33,706 nucleotides of DNA from a virus (taxonomy: Duplodnaviria > Heunggongvirae > Uroviricota > Caudoviricetes), in IMG/VR virus record IMGVR_UViG_3300014886_000120, one strand, 5' to 3'. Every line of letters begins with the position of its first letter. Position 1 is the stretch's first letter. The notes below the pieces were generated by a model. The model saw only the letters and a list, made by a program, of their open reading frames with translations, was not told the DNA's origin and made no database searches. Both the position numbers and the translations under genes were made by a program. Positions 27,901-33,706 of the stretch are shown piece by piece.

Positions 27901-30900
27901 TATGTCTATACCAGCCTTGTCATAGTCTTCAGTGTACTCGAATATAAACTTAGAAAGTTAGTAATAGTATATTCGGGATATGTACTGAGACTCAAAGATA
28001 TACAGCTAAAGTATAATTTGAAAAGCCTAGCTTCAGCTCTAGTCTCCATCTTATACTCATCTTATTCATCGATATGGAAGACTGTTGGGTTAATCTATAG
28101 ATTGTTCCAGACCAGAACTAGACTATTTGGGCTAAGCTATAACATTAAGGGATTGGTATCCAGTATCACCCAGATTGTCTACAGCATTATTTCCATATCT
28201 GCAAGGTATCTAAAGATACTATACAGTGTAGCATATCCATTCCAGACGGTCTATAGGACACTTTATTACTTATACAGTATACTGGCTTTTAAAAGCAGGA
28301 TTCTACACTTCAAGTTTACAGTGTTTAGGACAGCCTATTCTGAGACAAGCTTGAAGTTCAGATTACTGGGATTGAGAGCTAAGACCATAGGAGTAGGATA
28401 CTCTATCAGGGAGCTGATTAGCAAGATAACAGCTTTTACCTTCAATGTACTATCTATAGTCGAGAGGTATCTCTACTCTGCCTATTCACTTCTCAATCTT
28501 GTTCCAAAGCTTATAGCCTTAAGATACCTTCTAACCATAATAGCTCTTAGAAGCTTGTCCCTGTCCTATGCTGTTAGAAGCCTTGCTAGTAAGATATCAT
28601 CAATGCTTTATTCTGTACTTCAGCTCAGACTGAAAGCTATAGGCTTAGTATATGATGTTTCTGGTCTGGCTTACAGAGCTTTCTCAGTTGTCTACGGAGT
28701 CTTATCTCAGATATACAAGAGCATAGTGTACTTTTATACCCTGAGAAACCTGGTCTTTAACAGTGCTAGCTTAGTCTATTCTGGTATTGGTAGAGCTCTA
28801 AGGAAGCTTGGATTTAGGTACTTTATCCTTGGGGCTATAGCATACAAGGTTCTCATCTCTGTCTATAACCTGCTTAGCTTTACCCTAAGGAACATCTACA
28901 TCAGGTTCACCATAAAGAACTTGGTAGAGAAGAGTACCAGCTTCATTTATAGCCTAAGTTCACTGGTAAGCAGAGCTTTAGTGTCTCTCCATTCAACAAT
29001 TCAGTATCTTTGGAAGTCAATCCAGCTAGTCTATTCTGTTAAAAGCTTGGTATCACAGTCCATATCCTCAATCTATTCAGTTCTAATACTCAGAGCTAAA
29101 GCCTTGATGGCTAGATGGAACATTAAGACTTTAATCTATAGACAGGCAACAGTATTATTCAGCCTCATAGCTAAGCTTTACAGGCCTGTTAGCTTGACGT
29201 ATACTTTGCTCAATCTTGTATCCAGGCAAATATCTTCTGTCTATGCCGTTATTTCCAGAATATTCAGAAGGCTATCCATTGTCTACCAAGTACTAGGTCC
29301 ATCTGTCTATAAGACTTTGATGCTTGTATACTCAGCTCTGGTACTTGTAAAGAAGGAGGTAAATGTTAAGTATGTAGTAAGGAATCTGGCTACCAAGCTT
29401 TGGTCTTTACTTTATAATGTAAGAACTCTATCCCTTAGGCTGCTAACCATAAGACATTCTCTTCTATCTATAATGACCAAGCTTCTACATGCTTATTATT
29501 CTCTCAACATCATGGTATCCAGAACCTTTATATCAATATACAATGTTTTAAACTCCACATTCAAGAAGATGTCTATTCTCTATGCCTTACTAGCCTATAT
29601 TGCTGGATCTATATCTCTCAGATATAGTTCATTTGTGACACTATTAAGGACTCTGTCTATAGTACACCAAGTTAGACTGATAGCTCTTAGAGCTATTGGA
29701 GTAATTTACAGCTTAGCTGCAAGAACCTTCAGAGCTCTGGACATAAGGTATAAAGTAGGATGGTTCATAGAGAAGACTCTGGGCATTATTTACAATCTTG
29801 GAGGGATTATTTATAGCTCTATATCTATGGTGTATTCTATCCTTGTTCCAATAGGTAAGCTACTAAGCCTGGTTCACAATGTTTTGTCTTCTGTATACAG
29901 AGCTCTATCCAAGACATACTCTATAGTATCTATATCTCTCAGATATACTTCCATGTTCTATACAGTTCTGGTCTATTCACTAAGGAGTCTATGGATAAGC
30001 TTCAGCATAAGGTCTCTACAGAGTAAGCTTATGGTTTCTATGTATTCTATCCTTAACACTTTATCCAGGAGTCTTAGAGTAGTATTCAGTATATTAACAA
30101 TAGCATTCAAGACTTCAGTTCTAAAGTTCAATGTTAACGTTCTGGTCTATTTAGTCACAACACTGGCACATTCAATAAAGGCCTTGGTAGCCAGAACAGC
30201 CAGCATAGCTTACACAGTCATTGAAAGAATAGGCAAATCATTTTCACTACTCTACAGAGTATACATAATCACATCTATCTACAAGCTTTTAACGCTGGGG
30301 TATAGAGTGTTGAATCTGGCATTTAGTACGTTCAGCTTGAAGTATGTCCTTTATACCTTAAGAATAAGACTTGTATCCATACTTTATGGCACTATAGCAA
30401 GAACCAGAACTTTCCTAAGGACCTATTATGGGCTCTTGAACATTAAGCTCGTAACTATATCTCTCAGATATAGAATCAAGAACATTGGATTAAGGACAAT
30501 GGATATTGTATATAGTTTAGTCCATATAGCAAGCTTGACCATGTCTGTCATGTACAGCACCAGAGTGCTACTTTACAAAGTTACAAGGATAAAGTATACA
30601 GTAAGGCACCTGGCTCAGAGGTCAATGACAGCTCTTTATGATATAGGAGGAAGAATAAGTGCTGTCCTATCAATTGTTTATACTGTCCTTATTCTACGTC
30701 CAAGAACTATGCCTATCAGGTATACTGTCAGGAACCTAGCTGTGCTTTTCACCAGCATTCTCTACAAAATAAGGAGCTCTATAGGAAAAACACTATGGAT
30801 CAGACACATGATAGCTACTTCGTTTGTGAGAGCTAAGCTTGTCTTTGGCTACTCTTATCAGGTGATAATGGAGATATCCATAGTCTTACAGCTGTTTGCT

Positions 30901-30999
30901 AGCAAGCTTACTGTGTTCCTCAACCTATCTAAGATATCTTTATCTTTAGAGAAAGCTAAACAATACATAAAGACAAAGGTAAAGAGGAAGGAGGTATAA
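24898..30999 (+). CDS. Giant 2033-aa putative virion fibre/spike: N-terminal beta domain, DUF2341, lectin-like domain, ~1400-aa 14-residue repeat shaft
   Basis: DUF2341-type WQYRK...DFSDIRFT...LNYWIE...FWVKI...TIYMYYGNP; FFDDF...DWIAIRKYVEPEP; GAGGGT RBS. Confidence 0.75.
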   Translation: MGKKRLLYGSLGVDPTYYLSNSGTGYSSLWKLVETAPSSADDTSYVTFPKDQTGYMKVIPGTENTTITSDLPATFDQYGWRTDSTLNGTFQSGNWTFYVTIITGKYVTGNVTVYARLWKSSNADGSGATALTSWLTIATVSSPAASTTYNLSGTASIGELSFSNEYLFVEYALGTTSACGSAVGCEVTFRCNEGSNQRIDTAAFQAIEIVSRLLGLLYKVISYQKISKLLSLIFSILAAVSVISSFSDNLDKFILTLQKVGKALVAACRDKKLTFRNVGSFKLTNWQYRKSHVVNSASGAGTGYKVAVTTFYSSGTDNGGTVYLDGKCNSDFSDIRFTKADGFTQLNYWIEDKQDSDYAKFWVKIDDDLSTSPATIYMYYGNPDVPGDLSNPYNIFEFFDDFDGESLDTSIWQYELHRFSVSNSILKGTFGYHQIRTKDTFGDVEVRVKWRFTSGGRGHIGFRQTADVYTSPRRHKGYHVSFYKPEDNTKLRVWPGQAQAPTDQTGTFPSTANTWYIGYIRGYGSTISTQIAPGADYLSTIDSTMLSGEVGLGVDAFADELSDYVEYDWIAIRKYVEPEPSHSTWGTEEERTGIFYSGSQMASRFSAILYGTGGIVKRYMVLIYSVLLGVTYASKLLAVKFSSISRKFKMCVSRFSIHNLTSKAGALQYKLYNLRARDVVSLHSLKKLAFRNSVALHNLLAIKYRYLDMAHKIRTLSGRLLSFLHSLFSFRFRELSLLYRIQAPFQAVSKQITLLYFLFKKQFRTSSLAYSIRALAFKSFSLLYTTRSILHRAISLLVNIRSLTLLAFHFKYVLRVAILRAVSIVYSIERIQSLTLGIRYSILNIISRLSALKFSLFKLAGKPLSLVFSLSNLVWKLSTIRYLLSGLVHRTSGLRYSIHTLVSRFSVVSYILNRLTSRVAILKFSLSSISSKILSIVYSIALAYQTVFRTMSFLYSILRTTFRRFSSRYALLSIVSRNIVLPYDLKSLASRTISLGYSILRYVYTSLVIVFSVLEYKLRKLVIVYSGYVLRLKDIQLKYNLKSLASALVSILYSSYSSIWKTVGLIYRLFQTRTRLFGLSYNIKGLVSSITQIVYSIISISARYLKILYSVAYPFQTVYRTLYYLYSILAFKSRILHFKFTVFRTAYSETSLKFRLLGLRAKTIGVGYSIRELISKITAFTFNVLSIVERYLYSAYSLLNLVPKLIALRYLLTIIALRSLSLSYAVRSLASKISSMLYSVLQLRLKAIGLVYDVSGLAYRAFSVVYGVLSQIYKSIVYFYTLRNLVFNSASLVYSGIGRALRKLGFRYFILGAIAYKVLISVYNLLSFTLRNIYIRFTIKNLVEKSTSFIYSLSSLVSRALVSLHSTIQYLWKSIQLVYSVKSLVSQSISSIYSVLILRAKALMARWNIKTLIYRQATVLFSLIAKLYRPVSLTYTLLNLVSRQISSVYAVISRIFRRLSIVYQVLGPSVYKTLMLVYSALVLVKKEVNVKYVVRNLATKLWSLLYNVRTLSLRLLTIRHSLLSIMTKLLHAYYSLNIMVSRTFISIYNVLNSTFKKMSILYALLAYIAGSISLRYSSFVTLLRTLSIVHQVRLIALRAIGVIYSLAARTFRALDIRYKVGWFIEKTLGIIYNLGGIIYSSISMVYSILVPIGKLLSLVHNVLSSVYRALSKTYSIVSISLRYTSMFYTVLVYSLRSLWISFSIRSLQSKLMVSMYSILNTLSRSLRVVFSILTIAFKTSVLKFNVNVLVYLVTTLAHSIKALVARTASIAYTVIERIGKSFSLLYRVYIITSIYKLLTLGYRVLNLAFSTFSLKYVLYTLRIRLVSILYGTIARTRTFLRTYYGLLNIKLVTISLRYRIKNIGLRTMDIVYSLVHIASLTMSVMYSTRVLLYKVTRIKYTVRHLAQRSMTALYDIGGRISAVLSIVYTVLILRPRTMPIRYTVRNLAVLFTSILYKIRSSIGKTLWIRHMIATSFVRAKLVFGYSYQVIMEISIVLQLFASKLTVFLNLSKISLSLEKAKQYIKTKVKRKEV
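26701..30880 (+). repeat. About 95-100 degenerate 14-codon protein repeats, consensus roughly (T/S)-h-S-h-x-Y-S-(I/V/L)-x-x-L-h-S-(R/K)
   Basis: For example TSGLRYSIHTLVSR / FSVVSYILNRLTSR / VAILKFSLSSISSK / TMSFLYSILRTTFR / NIVLPYDLKSLASR. Confidence 0.85.
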
Positions 31000-31001
31000 T
31001 A

Positions 31002-31316
31002 TTGACTGACCTACGTCTCAAGAAGAGTGAGAAGAAGTATATCCAGTTCATAATCAAAGACGAAGATGACAATAGGCTAGATCTTACTGGCTGTGAAGCT
31101 ACCCTTCAAATACAGAAGTATGGAGAATCTACTTTGAGAGTAAACTCTTCACTTAACATTACAGATGCTACTGAAGGAGAATGCCGATATTACTACCAGG
31201 GTAACCTTCCAGTAGGATATTATAAGGGAGAGATAGAAGTTACCACTGAAGCTGGACTAACCCTTATAACCAAGACTTTTACCCTGGAGGTAATAGCTGA
31301 TTTACCAGAGACATAA
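31002..31316 (+). CDS. BppU N-terminal-like (Ig-fold) anchor/adaptor protein
   Basis: IQF.I.DED...LDLTG..A......DATEG.C.Y......G.YKGEIEV pattern; GGAGGT RBS with TTG start; follows the giant fibre gene. Confidence 0.65.
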   Translation: MTDLRLKKSEKKYIQFIIKDEDDNRLDLTGCEATLQIQKYGESTLRVNSSLNITDATEGECRYYYQGNLPVGYYKGEIEVTTEAGLTLITKTFTLEVIADLPET

Positions 31317-31328
31317 GCTATTTAAATA
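31315..31328 (+). promoter_or_regulatory. Candidate archaeal TATA box AAGCTATTTAAATA
   Basis: About 40 nt upstream of ATG 31363, with a GAGGAG RBS in between. Confidence 0.55.
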
Positions 31329-31362
31329 TGCATACACAAAATAATGTAAAGAGGAGATTGGT

Positions 31363-33706
31363 ATGAGTGAAGCTAGCATTATAGCAGAACTAATAGATGA
31401 AGCTGCCTATCTGAGGAGGAGACTGAAAGAGCTAGAAAGCAAGGAGAGAGAGATAGTTGAGCTCACAGAAATAAGCTCTGCTTCTAGCTTCAAGATAGAA
31501 GAGGAACTGGCTGGTAAGCTCAAGATTTCTGGGATAGCTTTAGCTGAGGGTGTATGGAATGGGCTGATCTATTCTAAGGAAGAAGTAAAGAAAATGTATG
31601 ACAATTACAAAGAAGAGCTTTCAAGCCTGGAAATGAAGGTAGAGCATGAACGTACTGGAGAGTTCAGAGACAGAGTAGTAGGTAGACACATAGAGTCAGA
31701 ATGGTCTGACACGTTAAAAGCAGTTCTTTACAGGGCTATAGTAGATGATCCGAAAGCTATAGAGAAGATCAAATCTGGAGAGCTTACAGCCACAAGCATG
31801 AAGATTGAACTAAAGAAGATAAATGGAAAGGCAGTAGACCTACGTCCAATAGACAACTCTCTTACTGCAGCTCCAGCATGCCACACATGCATGATTGTGT
31901 CAAAAGAAGAGCTAAGCTCTAACCTGGAATCTCATGGTTATCGAGTTTATGGGGTATTAAAAGAAAACATTATAAATAATGGTAAAGATATTACAAGAGA
32001 GGTAGTGCATATGAGTGAAGAAAAGAATGAAAAGCCTAAAGAGGAACATACAGAAGAGACCTATGAACCTGAAGAGTACTTTGAGCTTAATGAACCAATG
32101 GTAGCTGTTCTTCCAGAGCTTGAGAAGCAAGAGCCTGAAGAGATAGAGCTAGAGTTTATGCCTCTCCAGCAAGCTATCAAGAGAAAGAGGATAATCTACG
32201 ATTTCTTTGAACCTGGCAAGTATCCAGTGTCCAGAAAGAAGGTTAAGAGGATCAGAGGATATTATTACTATCACCCGTACTACCCATACGGTGAAGGTGG
32301 ATACTACTATCCAGTCCCCTATTACTACTATCCATCTGTCAAGCCCAGTAAGAAAGGTCCATACCCATACTATTATCCAGTGCCATATTACTACTACTAT
32401 CCATACTATGGGTACCATTCATTAGAGGATGTCCTATCTGAGACAATGCCTGAGCTATCTCAGAAAGAGCTTGAGAACCTAGTGAAGGAGAACAGGGCTG
32501 AGAAAGTAGAGGGTGAAATGGGAGTATCCTACTATTACTATCCTCATTATCCAGCTCATTATCCAAAGTATTATTACTACTATCCATACTACTATTCCTA
32601 TAAGGGAGAAATCTACAGTCCAGAAGACTTTGGGACTGAAGAACAGTCTGGAGAGTTCAAGATAGCTAAGAACAAGAAGACAGGGAAGTTTGTAGTCTTC
32701 CAAGCTACCGGAAAAGAAGGGTTTGGAGCTTGGAAGATAGTGAGACAGTTTGATACTGAAGAGGAAGCTAGAGAGTTTATAAAGAAACAGCAAGGTGAAA
32801 AGCTAGCTGGACCTAGAACAGACGAAGAGAGAGCTAAGGCCCACTTTGGAATATCAGACGAGGAATGGGAGAAGCTCACTCCAGAAGAGAGACAGGCCCT
32901 CATTGACAAGCTGCCTCCAAGAGGCTCAGCTGGACAAGCTAAGGTGAAATGTCCGGTATGTGGACAAGAGTTTGATACCAAGGATGAAATGATAGATCAC
33001 TTTAACAAGGAGCATGCTGAAAAGTATGGTAAGTATGGTGAAGGTAAATACCCAGAGTCTGAAGCTGAAGAGCAATCAGAAATGAGTGACGAAGAGCTAG
33101 CCAGAGGAAAGAAGACTAAATGCCCAGTATGTGAGAAAGAATTTGACAGCTTTGCAGCCTTTGTTAGACACTGGAACGAGGAGCATAAGGATGAGTATGG
33201 GGAATACAAGACTGCCAAGAAGCTAGCTAAGCTTTTGAAGGATACTGAGCTCATAGAAAAGATTCTGAACCCAGTAATTCAGGAGCTAATGGAGGAAGAA
33301 GGTGAAGAGGGTGAGGCTGAGTCCTCAGAAGCTGAAGCTGAGTCCTCAGAAGCTGAGAGTGAGGAAAGTCCAAGTCAAGAAGCTCAGGCTGGAGAGGGAG
33401 AACAAGAAGGAGATGAGACACCGGTAGAGGAAAGAACAGAGAAGACAGAAAAAGAGAAAACAGAAGAAGAAGAAGAAGAAGAAGAAGAAGAAGAAGAAGA
33501 AGAAGAAGAAGAAGAAGAAGAAGAAGAGGGATCACCAGAAGAGGAACCAACAGAGGGAGCGCCACCTACAGAAGAAAAACCTACTGAGGGAGCTTCCACC
33601 AAGACGGAAGAAAAGCCTTCAGCTCCAGTCCTCACAGTAGAGGACATCCTAAAGAAAACCAGAGAAGACAGACACTTCTTAGCTGACCTACTAATAGCCT
33701 TAGAGA
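31363..33706 (+). CDS. Prohead (capsid maturation) protease fused to a scaffold-like region; 3'-partial, at least 781 codons; absent from the ORF track because it has no stop in the window
   Basis: I translated it by hand with no stop found. Protease-like LKISGIALAEGVWNG..YSKEE, MKVEH, VVGR, IKSGELTATS, DNSLTAAPACHTC; then poly-Tyr tracts, two C2H2 fingers (CPVC..H...H) and an acidic tail. Confidence 0.85.
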   Translation, partial: MSEASIIAELIDEAAYLRRRLKELESKEREIVELTEISSASSFKIEEELAGKLKISGIALAEGVWNGLIYSKEEVKKMYDNYKEELSSLEMKVEHERTGEFRDRVVGRHIESEWSDTLKAVLYRAIVDDPKAIEKIKSGELTATSMKIELKKINGKAVDLRPIDNSLTAAPACHTCMIVSKEELSSNLESHGYRVYGVLKENIINNGKDITREVVHMSEEKNEKPKEEHTEETYEPEEYFELNEPMVAVLPELEKQEPEEIELEFMPLQQAIKRKRIIYDFFEPGKYPVSRKKVKRIRGYYYYHPYYPYGEGGYYYPVPYYYYPSVKPSKKGPYPYYYPVPYYYYYPYYGYHSLEDVLSETMPELSQKELENLVKENRAEKVEGEMGVSYYYYPHYPAHYPKYYYYYPYYYSYKGEIYSPEDFGTEEQSGEFKIAKNKKTGKFVVFQATGKEGFGAWKIVRQFDTEEEAREFIKKQQGEKLAGPRTDEERAKAHFGISDEEWEKLTPEERQALIDKLPPRGSAGQAKVKCPVCGQEFDTKDEMIDHFNKEHAEKYGKYGEGKYPESEAEEQSEMSDEELARGKKTKCPVCEKEFDSFAAFVRHWNEEHKDEYGEYKTAKKLAKLLKDTELIEKILNPVIQELMEEEGEEGEAESSEAEAESSEAESEESPSQEAQAGEGEQEGDETPVEERTEKTEKEKTEEEEEEEEEEEEEEEEEEEEEEGSPEEEPTEGAPPTEEKPTEGASTKTEEKPSAPVLTVEDILKKTREDRHFLADLLIALE
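33316..33357 (+). repeat. Tandem 21-nt duplication (GCTGAGTCCTCAGAAGCTGAR x2; AESSEAE)
   Basis: Read directly; one mismatch in the last base. Confidence 0.9.
33463..33525 (+). repeat. Perfect (GAA)21 microsatellite encoding poly-Glu (22 E including the following GAG)
   Basis: Counted directly: 6 GAA at 33463-33480 plus 15 at 33481-33525. Confidence 0.95.

Larger units (their letters stand above)
1..33706. mobile_element. Segment of an archaeal tailed dsDNA virus or provirus (morphogenesis region)
   Basis: Tail tube - chaperone (frameshift) - tape measure - hub synteny on the - strand; prohead protease on the + strand; archaeal-type RBS and TATA motifs; no host housekeeping genes. Whether it is integrated cannot be told from this window. 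Confidence 0.9.

Noticed and set aside
26701-30880. CRISPR array or DGR template/variable repeat in the periodic region
   Set aside because: The periodicity is at protein level only. I saw no identical 25-40-nt repeats, no adenine-only mismatched repeat pair and no reverse transcriptase or cas gene.
32149-33254. Short ORFs on both strands in 32149-33254, including the Thr/Ile-rich 32207-32425
   Set aside because: Alternative-frame readings of the Tyr-rich and acidic parts of the continuous 31363 ORF, which carries recognisable motifs.
33251-33647. Minus-strand poly-Leu (33251-33565) and poly-Ser (33384-33647) ORFs
   Set aside because: Antisense shadows of the (GAA)n poly-Glu tract in the + strand protease/scaffold ORF.

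Overview
The window is part of an archaeal head-tail (siphovirus-like) virus or provirus. The archaeal assignment rests on GGAGG/GAGGTGA ribosome-binding sites, TTTAAATA-type TATA boxes and a DUF2153-like gene. Two arms diverge from 13174-13302. The leftward (-) arm is a tail operon: tail tube, tail assembly chaperone with a -1 frameshift at a U UUU UUA site, tape measure, baseplate hub, repeat-rich fibre proteins and three paralogous structural genes. The rightward (+) arm opens with two large multidomain proteins. The first is MBL hydrolase + ASCH + nucleotidyltransferase + ATP-dependent DNA ligase with an intein, and probably starts at a non-canonical ATT. The second has three LigD 3'-phosphoesterase-like domains and an intein broken by an in-frame TAG. 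Downstream are a Kelch protein, a Cys-cluster protein, a 2033-aa DUF2341/lectin protein with about 100 14-residue repeats and a BppU-like protein. The arm ends in an ORF missing from the ORF track (31363 to window end): a prohead protease fused to a scaffold-like region with poly-Tyr tracts, two C2H2 fingers and (GAA)21. No terminase, portal, major capsid, integrase, tRNA or CRISPR was seen. All family assignments come from motif recognition by eye, not from database searches.
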